Of a DNA stretch of 38,457 nt, positions 1-9,753 are shown piece by piece. This stretch comes from Octopus bimaculoides. Lineage: Eukaryota. Both the position numbers and the translations under genes were made by a program. The notes below the pieces were generated by a model, which saw only the letters and a program-made list of their open reading frames with translations, made no database searches and was not told where the DNA came from. Location: NCBI RefSeq assembly GCF_001194135.2, contig NC_068988.1, positions 78,150,085 to 78,188,541 on the forward strand, read 5' to 3'. Position 1 is the first letter of the stretch. Each line of letters opens with the position of its first letter.

Positions 1-43
<43 letters not shown>

Positions 44-118
44 TATATATATACAAATACATGCACACACACACACACACACACATAGATATATATACAT
101 AAACAAACATAAAATATA
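1..118. repeat. (AT)n/(CA)n compound microsatellite
   Basis: Directly visible dinucleotide runs. Confidence 0.95.
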
Positions 119-159
119 TATAGTGCATGAAGACAGTAGGAAAGCTATGATGTGGTTGA

Positions 160-669
160 TGGTTCAGGCTCGGTGGAGTGCTGGGTCAACAACTCATGGA
201 GGATAGCTTCAATTCAGAAAAAAAAGGCGCATCGTTTTGCAATGGGATTCAAAATCCAAATCCAAATCCATGCTGCAGAGTTGTTGAAGGCGAAGAATTT
301 CAGAGAAAAATATGGCAGATTTAATGTGTTTGGGGTGAGAGGAAGAGTAGGGAAGTTAGAAGTGGGAGTCAGTAGGTGTATAGTAGACAGAGGTGGAGAG
401 GTGGGTACTGTGTATTTTGATGGAGATGGCCAGAAAGCAAATAGAAGTCTGAGATATGGTGCGGATGAATTCCAAGGCTGGGTGAAAGGTGTTAACAAAA
501 GAAATAAGCTGTTGTCTGTTAAGGCTTGTGGCGCCAATACAGTTGCCAATGTCCCGACCATACAACTCTGAGATGGGTCCAGAGAAGTGAGTGTAGATTG
601 CTTCTCTACATAACCTACAACACGCTTGACCTGCTTATAGAATTCACCAGAGAAGGAAAAATAATTGAG
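160..669 (-). pseudogene. Penelope-like element RT/thumb fragment (tentatively Neptune-like), frameshifted
   Basis: Joining minus frames gives LNYFSFSGEFYKQV..GYVEK / IYTHFSGPISELYGRDIGNCIGATS (decayed YIDD) ..FVNTFHPALEF..SICFLAISI..TSVYYTPTDSHF*LPYSSSHPKHIKSAI, the PLE RT C-terminal signature. Confidence 0.8.
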
Positions 670-745
670 TGTTGTATACACATATACATATATACATACA
701 CATGTGTACACATATAATATATATACACACACACACACACATATA

Positions 746-778
746 TACAGGGTGCCCCAAAAAATGTATACACACTTT
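746..778 (+). mobile_element. Solo Tc1/mariner-like terminal inverted repeat
   Basis: TA followed by CAGGGTGCCCCAAAAAATGTATACACACTTT inside an (AT)/(CA) run; no partner end found. Confidence 0.45.
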
Positions 779-813
779 AGCAGCTGATAACTCGATTTTT
801 TTAATACTGTTAT

Positions 814-846
<33 letters not shown>

Positions 847-899
847 CATAGATGCATGCCCCCACACACACAAATATATATACATACTCACATATATCA

Positions 900-1710
900 T
901 TATTTAACGTCTGTTGTCCATGCTGGCATGGGTTTGACAGTTCAACTAGACTGGCACACTGGAAGGCTGCACCAGACTCCAGTCTGATTTGGCATTGTTT
1001 TCTACAGCTGGATGCCCTTCCTAAACTCTTCTAAGAGTTTAACGAGTGCTTTTACATGCCACTGGAATGAGTGTCATTTGTGTGAAACTGGGCTGTGTTT
1101 ACATGCCACCGGCATGTGTACCAATTTGCTTGACACCAGTATCTGCAACAACTACTATTTTGCTTGGCTTGATGGGTCTTCTTCTCAAGCACAACATAAT
1201 GCTAATGGTTTGGTTATTGTCTCCCTGAGGGCTAACCCTCGAAAGGAACTCAGACACTTTGCTTCTGTCAGGCCCAACACTCAAACATAACTGAGCCACT
1301 TTGCCTCCATCAGGCCCAATGGTTGGGAGGAATTCAGCCACTTTGCCTCCATGAGTCCCAACACTCAAAAGGAACTTAGCCACTTTGCCTCTGTCAAGCC
1401 CAACACATGAGAGGAATGCATCTACTTTGCCTCCATGAAGCCCAATGCTCAAAAGGAACCAAGCTACTTCGTTTCCGTGAGGTCCAATGCTCAAAAAGGA
1501 ACTCAGTCACTTTGCCTCTGTGATGTTCTTTATGTGCCACCAGCATGGGTGCACTTGGTTTGATGGCTCCTCGCAAGCACAGTACATCGCCAAAGGTCTC
1601 GGTCAAAAGTCATCGGACATCTAGCAAAGCATACTGGCTTCATTTCTTTCCAGCCTACACATGTCCTCGGCACTCATACCCCATATTTCACCGCCATGCA
1701 GCATGGCTGT
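900..1710 (-). mobile_element. Rearranged RTE LINE 3' end (duplicated ORF terminus plus 3' UTR)
   Basis: Minus strand encodes DVCVQTAMLHGGEIW (~1665-1710), matching TAMLHGSETW in the RTE at 22.3 kb. The ORF-terminal segment (DLWRYAV.EKT.QAK*) occurs twice (~1150-1220 and ~1555-1615), followed by an RTE-type 3' UTR containing GAAGGGCATCCAGCTGTAGAAA. Confidence 0.8.
1221..1523. repeat. 42-bp minisatellite, about 7 units
   Basis: Units start at 1245, 1287, 1329, 1371, 1413, 1455 and 1498; consensus GGAACTCAGCCACTTTGCCTCCATGAGGCCCAACGCTCAAAA. Confidence 0.92.
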
Positions 1711-1808
1711 TTGCACACAGACATCAATCTGCCTTTATATATTCATACATCTATACATACATATATATATATATATATACATATACACACACACATATAT
1801 ATATGTAG

Positions 1809-1843
<35 letters not shown>

Positions 1844-1953
1844 TAAATGTTAGAGGTAATACTTGATAATTGTAAGCACCTGTGTCTGCCAAATCGTAGC
1901 TGGGGTGAAAGAATAAATTAAAAACGTAACGATAAAAACAGAACACAAAGGAT

Positions 1954-2050
1954 TCCGCGGTACACATGTTTCAAGCTTTATAGTCGTTGCATCATTATAT
2001 TGGTATATAATTGATAGACAGGATGGTATAAATCTATCTTCAGCCACAAA
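1954..2050 (-). ncRNA. Type I hammerhead ribozyme motif, near-intact core, extended stem II
   Basis: UUUGUGG-CUGAAGA-U-AGAUUUAUA..UAUAAAGCU-U-GAAA-C-AUGU-GUA/CCGCGGA. Stem I is 7 bp (three G-U), stem III is minimal with palindromic ACAUGU, and the cleavage triplet is GUA. Confidence 0.75.
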
Positions 2051-3132
2051 TATATTCTTTCCCAAGTATTATATCACAAAGAAGAAGTCACCAAGAAAAA
2101 AGTAAAAGAGGGAGAAACATGAGAGAGAAAAAGGGGGAGTCCACTTGGTATTGTCCATTGTAATATACATTGTAATATGTTTATCCTTTAAGTTGATACA
2201 TTTACATAAACGTTCATCGGTACTCCGAAATCTATCCATATTGTGCCCAAATANNNNNNNNNNNNNNNNNNNNNNNNNNNNNNNNNNNNNNNNNNNNNNN
2301 NNNNNNNNNNNNNNNNNNNNNNNNNNNNNNNNNNNNNNNNNNNNNNNNNNNNNNNNNNNNNNNNNNNNNNNNNNNNNNNNNNNNNNNNNNNNNNNNNNNN
2401 NNNNNNNNNNNNNNNNNNNNNNNNNNNNNNNNNNNNNNNNNNNNNNNNNNNNNNNNNNNNNNNNNNNNNNNNNNNNNNNNNNNNNNNNNNNNNNNNNNNN
2501 NNNNNNNNNNNNNNNNNNNNNNNNNNNNNNNNNNNNNNNNNNNNNNNNNNNNNNNNNNNNNNNNNNNNNNNNNNNNNNNNNNNNNNNNNNNNNNNNNNNN
2601 NNNNNNNNNNNNNNNNNNNNNNNNNNNNNNNNNNNNNNNNNNNNNNNNNNNNNNNNNNNNNNNNNNNNNNNNNNNNNNNNNNNNNNNNNNNNNNNNNNNN
2701 NNNNNNNNNNNNNNNNNNNNNNNNNNNNNNNNNNNNNNNNNNNNNNNNNNNNNNNNNNNNNNNNNNNNNNNNNNNNNNNNNNNNNNNNNNNNNNNNNNNN
2801 NNNNNNNNNNNNNNNNNNNNNNNNNNNNNNNNNNNNNNNNNNNNNNNNNNNNNNNNNNNNNNNNNNNNNNNNNNNNNNNNNNNNNNNNNNNNNNNNNNNN
2901 NNNNNNNNNNNNNNNNNNNNNNNNNNNNNNNNNNNNNNNNNNNNNNNNNNNNNNNNNNNNNNNNNNNNNNNNNNNNNNNNNNNNNNNNNNNNNNNNNNNN
3001 NNNNNNNNNNNNNNNNNNNNNNNNNNNNNNNNNNNNNNNNNNNNNNNNNNNNNNNNNNNNNNNNNNNNNNNNNNNNNNNNNNNNNNNNNNNNNNNNNNNN
3101 NNNNNNNNNNNNNNNNNNNNNNNNNNNNNNNN

Positions 3133-3175
<43 letters not shown>

Positions 3176-3346
3176 TATACATACATATGTTTTGCAAGAT
3201 TCTTGATGTGAAATCGTGTGTTGAAACAGATATTGTTATATTTGGGGATGATCATGCTGCCAGTTTAGCCAATAAAAACACACGCACTATATATTTGGTG
3301 TTAATTTGCTTCAGCTTTATTTTATTTTTTACATTAATCGTATTTC

Positions 3347-3391
3347 GGCCAGAGTTCTTTCGTCACACTTCTGTGACCTCATCAGTGGTCC
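3347..3391 (-). ncRNA. Hammerhead-like motif in an unclassified repeat
   Basis: GGACCA-CUGAUGA-G-GUCAC AGAAGU GUGAC-GAAA-GAA-CUC/UGGCC; perfect 5-bp stem II, bulged stem I, very short stem III. Confidence 0.5.
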
Positions 3392-3674
3392 TTTGCTTTC
3401 TTCTTTCTTATTTGTGTGTTTTTCCTTACTAACGATCAGCCATTTTGTATTTTGTATTTCTATTACATGTGTCTTTGTTTGTGCATGTGTATACCCCTAT
3501 GTGTGTCTATACTTCGTAAGTGCATGTGTGTGTGTGGGAAGTGCCTGTATTATGTGTATCTCCTGCTTATACACGTTTGTTTAATTTATTTTTATTTATT
3601 TTGTTCATTATTTTTTTCTATTCTTTCTTTTTTTTGTATTTAATTTAATTTAATTGTGTTAATTTCATTTGTTC

Positions 3675-5796
3675 CTTTTTATAGTCGATCCACAATGTGC
3701 TCAGGTTCGTTTTCCTAGTTTTGCAGTCTTCAAGGGTCATTTTGTTTTGGTCTTTGCATCTGTAGCTCCCTTTTCGACAACCTTTTTGTTCTGGTGGTAG
3801 TAGGTTGTTTTCTTCTAGGAATGTGTATGTTCTTTCAGTGATTACAGATGTTAATATTTTATACATTGTTGGTAGACAGGTGGTTGGTCTATAGTTCTCT
3901 GGGTTATCTGTTTTTTGGTATTAGGTATGTCACTCCCTGTGTCAACCAGTCTGGGCTATTTTCTGGGTTTTTCATGACTTCATTGTATGCTGATGACATA
4001 TCTCCATGTATATCAACTAGCTGTTTGATCCAGAAGTTTGGTACTCGATCTATTCCCAGAGACTTCCAATTGCTGGTCTTTTTCAGGGCCAGAGTGATCT
4101 CCTCCTTTTGAATATCTTCCCATTCCTGTACTTCTTTATTTCAGGAGTGTTTCTTGTTCCTTAATCAATTCTGCATCTTTTGTTATGTTGTTTTTCATTT
4201 TCCCATATCGTACGCCAGAAATTTTCCATATCCTCTTTCTTTGGTGGTTGCTCAACATTTATTTGTTCTTTACCGAGTTCCCTGTAAAATTTCTTTCCAT
4301 CTTCTTTAAATGATTTGTTTTGTCTAAATTGTTTGCTTCTCTTTATATATCATAACAGTCGTTGTGCCTTTGCTTAAATTTTTTGTTTTAGGTTTTCTTT
4401 TGCTTCAGGTATTTCATTTTTTTGTTTGATCCCATGCTTTTTGCATATTTTCTTGGCTTTTCTTTGGTTGACCTGGTTTCCATTACTTATTTCGGTTAGT
4501 ATTGATAGGTCGCCTCTCATGCATTGTATATCCTTTTCAAAGTTTTCTTTCCATTTTGGTTGTCTTTTCTTCTGTTGAGCAGTTTTCTTTTTTAGTTTTA
4601 TGCCTTTTGCTTCAGTAATAGCTTCAGCTGTAGCATAGGCTAGTTGGTTTAGCAATGTTATATTTAGTGGTTCTATTGTTGTTGAATGTTATCTCATCTA
4701 TTATATTATTGCCAATTTTAATCAACTCCTTCAGGTTCTTATCCATACTGACTTTTGGTAGGGGCTCTCTGTCTGTGGTGTTTTGTGCTTTTACATGTTC
4801 CCATTTTCTCTGTATTTCTTCTTTTAGTTCCAAATATTTCTCCCTATCCATGTCACTGTTGGTTGTTTTACAGGTTCTTCTATCTCATTACCCACAGAGG
4901 GCTCCTCAAATACATCCTCTTCTTGGTTTTCTGTAGTCCCTATTTCTATTTCATTTGTATTTGGTGTTATACAGTGAGATCTGTTGACATTTTCTTTTAT
5001 TTCTTCCAGCTCAGTGTCTGTGAGCCTCCTGTTTTTAATGATATCTCTTTGGACATTCCCTAACTTGTTGGGATCCATATTTAACCTTGAAGTTGAATTT
5101 TGTTGTCTTCATAATTGATAAGTCCTTTTTGTCGTGTTATCTTCTGATGGTGTGACTACCGCTGTGTAGTATGCTTCCATTACTAGTTTGTACTCTTCCC
5201 AATTCCATTTAGTTCTAGGTGTTTTTGCGTGTAGTATGGCTTGCATCGGTGGGGCTCAGGTTGAGGTTTTCCTTGGTTAAGTTGCCCACAGTCACCCAGG
5301 AGTGAGTAGAGTTCGAATCAGTAACCAACTTTTCACTCCCAGCCTGACTCCTCACTAGGAGGTGCACACCTTGTTGACCCATGAGACGAGCGATGCGGTA
5401 TGGGTTGTTTTTATTGACTTTATCCATTATGGTTAACTACTGGTATATTCATGGTGATTGGCCACATACTCCTTGAGTACCTGAGTGTGCCCTATGCGTA
5501 TCACACACATTGCTGGGTCCACCTTCAAGGCCATTGTCCATCTGACTCTACGGGTCATCCGCCCGCTCTGCCGTCTCAGACTTCATGCACTTAAGGGAAG
5601 GTATCCCTTCAGCCACAACAGCAGTCTAAATGCCATTGCCCCTCATTTAGTTTAGCACCACTGTCAAGTGGAGGTCCCGGGGCATGACCACCAGTGTGCA
5701 CAACTGGCTACTTGGAGTCATAAGTGAGAGTTGAGCTTTTGTTGTGAACTAGTGATCACCATCCATGCTATCACTAACAAATACCCCATATGCCCC
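3675..5796 (-). mobile_element. R4/Dong-clade LINE, intact 5' end, truncated within RT (pseudogene)
   Basis: N-terminal KWNWEEYKLVMEAYY and NKLGNVQRDIIKNRRLTDTELEEI; KENLKQKI*AKAQRL; RT motifs LPPEQKGCRKGSYRCKDQ and LWIDYKK, where the element breaks off. It is flanked 5' by (TAA)n. Confidence 0.88.
5640..5796 (-). ncRNA. HDV-like self-cleaving ribozyme at the 5' end of the Dong/R4 element
   Basis: Elements appear in canonical order: P1 GGGGCAU (5796-5790)/AUGCCCC (5685-5679); P2 CUCUCACUUAU (5730-5720)/ACUAAAUGAGGG (5651-5640); P3 GAC/GUC; L3 starting UCC; GG after P1 for P1.1; P4 CCACU-UGAC-AGUGG; J4/2 GCUAA (C at 5655). Confidence 0.75.
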
Positions 5797-5830
<34 letters not shown>

Positions 5831-5860
5831 CATTATTATTATTATTATTATCATTATTAT
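5797..5860. repeat. (TTA)n microsatellite at the Dong/Penelope junction
   Basis: Visible trinucleotide run. Confidence 0.95.
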
Positions 5861-5910
5861 AACTCGGAATCTTGGGGTTAGTAGCCCGCGCTCTTAACCA
5901 CTATGCCATA
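5861..5910 (-). promoter_or_regulatory. tRNA-derived segment (A box, truncated B box) in the Penelope 3' region
   Basis: TGGCATAGTGGTTAAGAGCGCGGGCTACTAACCCCAAGATTCCGAGTT; the second copy (~29721-29785) keeps the B box GAGTTCGATTCC. Confidence 0.65.
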
Positions 5911-7887
5911 TGCCCGTGGTCAATTATGGAGTGAATTTTAGGGCTTATAAATCTAATATTCTCCTATCCTTCCTTAATACCAGTTCCCATATGCTATTCA
6001 TATCTGCACTCGGTCTGGTCTGCTTAGGAGGTTGTTGTGTCCTAGCATATGTGCTGCTTCTTTTAGTTTATGTATTTTCCAGTGGTGTTCTCTGTCTATT
6101 GTTTTAACTTCATCCCACAGGGGGAGGTGGTCTCCATTTTTCCATACATGATCAGTTATACCCAATTTATCAATATCTCCTCATGTCACAGCTTTGCAAC
6201 ATTCCTCTACCCTTATTTTGAGGGAGCAGCATGTTTCACCTTTGTATAACCTACCACAGCTGTATGGGATGGAGTACACACAGTCTTTGGTCATATTCTC
6301 TTCTATTGGTGGTTTTACTCGAAGGAGATATTTGCGAAGTGTTGTATTACTCTTGAACACTGTCCTAATGTCATATAGGCTGCATATCTTTTGTATCTTT
6401 TCGGAGAAGCCTTTCACATAGGGTAGACAGACTGTGGACAGTTCATTGGCCTCATCCTCTCTGTTCTCCATAATTGGAGTAGATAGTATATTTTGGGGGT
6501 AGTTGTTGCTTAATAGATTGTTACTGAGCTTGATCATTTCTTCGTGGTGGGTATCACGATCGCTACTTATATTCTTTGCTCAATGCTTTAGGCACTGAGC
6601 AATCCTTTTCTTTACACTGTATGGATGGTGGGAATTGAAGTTGAGATATTGTCCAGTGAAGGTCAGCTTGTAGTACTTGGTGCATGTTATTAATACATCC
6701 AGGAATGCTAGCTGATTGTCTTTTTCTTTTTCCATTGTGAACTGTATGGATGGCTTTATTGAGTTCACATGATCTAACAGCACTTGGATATCTTCCTGGT
6801 GGGGCCACAGTATAAAGGTGTCATCAACATATCGCAGCCATAGGGTTGGTTTTAGTGGTGTTGATCCTAAAGCCAAATTCTCAAAGTATTCCATGTATAT
6901 ATTGGCTATTATCGGTGATAATGATGAACCCATAGCTAAACTCGCTTCTTGTTGATATATATCAGTGTCCATACTGAAGTAGGTAGTTTCTACACAGAAG
7001 GTCAACATTTCCATCAAGTTTCTTATTGGTATACTAGTGCATTCTTTTAGACAGGTGTCTGTCACTAGCTTTTCTTGAATTACCAATAGTGCTTCCCCAG
7101 TTGGGACTTTGGTGAACAGGCTTATCACATCTAGACTCACCATCTGGTTAGATTCAGTGGGGGTATCCTTGTTCAATTCTGTGAAGTGGGTTGAATTCTT
7201 CACATACGATGTTGACTTTCCTGCTAATGGACGAATTTTATCCACAAGGAAGCGGCTCAGTGGATGACATGCTGAACCTCTACAGCTCACTATAGGTCTT
7301 AATGGAATACCATCCTTGTGAATCTTAGGGAAACCGTACATGTGTGGTAGTTTACTGTAGTGTTGAGTCAGTTGTCTGTACTTCATTGGTGTAAAGTGAT
7401 CCTTGTTCTTGATCAAGATCTGTGACAACTTCCTCTTTGTTTTCAGAGTTGGGTCTTTCTTTACTTTGCTGTAGCTACCATCACTTATAAGACTTGCCAA
7501 TTTTTCAGAGTAGTCAGACTTGTTCATCACCACTGTAGCATTTCACTTGTCCGCTGAAAGTATTATGATGGAATTGTCACTCTGTAGTCTTTTGATAGCG
7601 AACTTTTCTTCCTTAGTGATGTCTGATTTGGGAAGTTTTGCTTTTTCCAGTACCTGTCTCACTTTCCACCTTAGTTCATCTCCCTGAGTTTTTGGTATCT
7701 TTATGGCAATCTCTTCAAGGGGGGCTATTATGTCCAAGTATGTAATGCACTTGATGGTTGTCACAAAGTTGAGACCTTTGTTTAGTACTACTTCTTCAGA
7801 GCTTTCTAGATGTTGGCTACTTACATTAATTACTGCTTTCACAGGCGGGTGACGGACTTCAGTCTTCATTCTCTTAAACTTCTTAAT

Positions 7888-8001
7888 CGAAATTTCCCCA
7901 AGACACTTGATGAAGGCTGGAGGGTATATCAGCTGAACTGTTGTGTTAACAACAAACAAGATGGGGACAAATATCCGTCAAATGTAAATAATGTAAATAA
8001 T
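7888..8001 (+). repeat. Inverted pLTR at the truncated 5' end of the Penelope copy, with decayed minimal hammerhead (7902-7947)
   Basis: Matches the reverse complement of 29549-29657, the 3' terminus of the second copy of the family. Confidence 0.85.
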
Positions 8002-8579
8002 GGACTTATTTGGAGTTAGAATTTCTAATCTCCTTACTCATCTTTAGAGGGAACGTCTCTAAAAGCTCTCTCACTAATATTTTCAAATAACTGTTGTAGC
8101 CTTTAGTTTTAGTTAATACCTAACTGGACTCACACATATATTTCTTTCTCATAAGGATGAAAATGAATATCTTAGATTCTATTCTGCTTTTTCCTTTCTC
8201 AAGTCCTTTGTAAAAAACTTTGTTTATACTTCTTGCACTGAAGAGTACAGTGATATATAATTAATTAAATTTATTCTAATTAATTAATTCTATTCAACCA
8301 TGAATTTGCATGAGTTTTATATCACTGTACGAAACGATTATCTGCATGAATTAAAACTCTCTTATATATTTTAACACCTTCTCTTTTCCATTTTTATCAA
8401 AATTGTTGAGTTTTACAGGATTTCTTTCCATAAATTCACAATGCACCACATACAAGTCTTATTTTCATATTCACAATTTTACGCCAGTAAGCTACCAACA
8501 AAATATGAAGAATTTATATTAGAAATCTCTTTTTGGAAACCTCCAAATTAAAGGATGAATCTAATTCAACCTTTTAAAT

Positions 8580-8591
8580 ATACATACATGC

Positions 8592-8657
<66 letters not shown>

Positions 8658-8740
8658 CTCTCTCTCTCTATATATATATATACATACATACATATATACA
8701 TACAAATACATATATACATAGATGTATACCTATATATATA
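8580..8740. repeat. Compound (TATC)n/(TC)n/(TA)n/(CATA)n microsatellite
   Basis: Visible. Confidence 0.9.
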
Positions 8741-9122
8741 CCGTAAATCCTCGAGTATGGTCCGCCCTTGAGTAGAATACGCAGGGGATTTTTAGGCGGC
8801 TGTACCTCTGAAAAACCTAAACCTTGTGTATAATACGCACCCCTTCTCTAACTTGAGTCAAAGAGGTCTATATAACGTCCTTGGTTTGTAAACATATATC
8901 CGGTAACATCCTTTATTATTATTGTATATTTAACATAATGCAAACGTGCAGCTTCTTTGTGCACTTTGTTTACAGAAAATAAAGAAATAACAGTAATAAC
9001 GTCAGTGAAAAATAAATATTAAGTAAATAGCCTTTCACATATTTATCACTATCAGATATAAAAGCAAAAGCAAAAACATTTATTCAAATCCTTCAAATTC
9101 AACGTCACTTTCAGCATCAAAT
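8741..9122 (-). mobile_element. pogo/Tigger-like DNA transposon end
   Basis: TA + CCGTAAATCCTCGAGTAT terminus with repeated subterminal GAGTA/GTGTA-TAATACGCA motifs; minus strand ends in acidic FDAESDVEFEGFE*, typical of pogo transposase C-termini; runs into a gap. Confidence 0.65.
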
Positions 9123-9753
9123 NNNNNNNNNNNNNNNNNNNNNNNNNNNNNNNNNNNNNNNNNNNNNNNNNNNNNNNNNNNNNNNNNNNNNNNNNNNNNN
9201 NNNNNNNNNNNNNNNNNNNNNNNNNNNNNNNNNNNNNNNNNNNNNNNNNNNNNNNNNNNNNNNNNNNNNNNNNNNNNNNNNNNNNNNNNNNNNNNNNNNN
9301 NNNNNNNNNNNNNNNNNNNNNNNNNNNNNNNNNNNNNNNNNNNNNNNNNNNNNNNNNNNNNNNNNNNNNNNNNNNNNNNNNNNNNNNNNNNNNNNNNNNN
9401 NNNNNNNNNNNNNNNNNNNNNNNNNNNNNNNNNNNNNNNNNNNNNNNNNNNNNNNNNNNNNNNNNNNNNNNNNNNNNNNNNNNNNNNNNNNNNNNNNNNN
9501 NNNNNNNNNNNNNNNNNNNNNNNNNNNNNNNNNNNNNNNNNNNNNNNNNNNNNNNNNNNNNNNNNNNNNNNNNNNNNNNNNNNNNNNNNNNNNNNNNNNN
9601 NNNNNNNNNNNNNNNNNNNNNNNNNNNNNNNNNNNNNNNNNNNNNNNNNNNNNNNNNNNNNNNNNNNNNNNNNNNNNNNNNNNNNNNNNNNNNNNNNNNN
9701 NNNNNNNNNNNNNNNNNNNNNNNNNNNNNNNNNNNNNNNNNNNNNNNNNNNNN

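Larger units (their letters stand above)
5861..8001 (-). mobile_element. Penelope-like element (Poseidon type), 5'-truncated, RT plus GIY-YIG pseudo-ORF
   Basis: ORFs 7543-7959, 6580-7533 and 6181-6537 share one frame, broken by TGA codons. Motifs: ADK*NATVVM, LPHMYGFPKIHKDGIPLRPIVS, SLDVISLFT, LAMGSSLSP, WLRYVDDTF, and GIY-YIG-like CVYSIPYSCGRLYKGET. Confidence 0.93.

Noticed and set aside
152-900. 139-aa (+) and 228-aa (-) ORFs as genes
   Set aside because: They are shadow frames of the frameshifted PLE RT fragment plus a microsatellite.
1221-1523. 42-bp array as a CRISPR or a repeat-protein gene
   Set aside because: There are no unique spacers, the context is eukaryotic, and the unit derives from RTE sequence.
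6181-7545. Three in-frame TGA codons in the Penelope ORF as selenocysteine or readthrough
   Set aside because: They fall where Gly (ADKG) or Arg (CGA) is expected, so single substitutions explain them; the ORF also has deletions.
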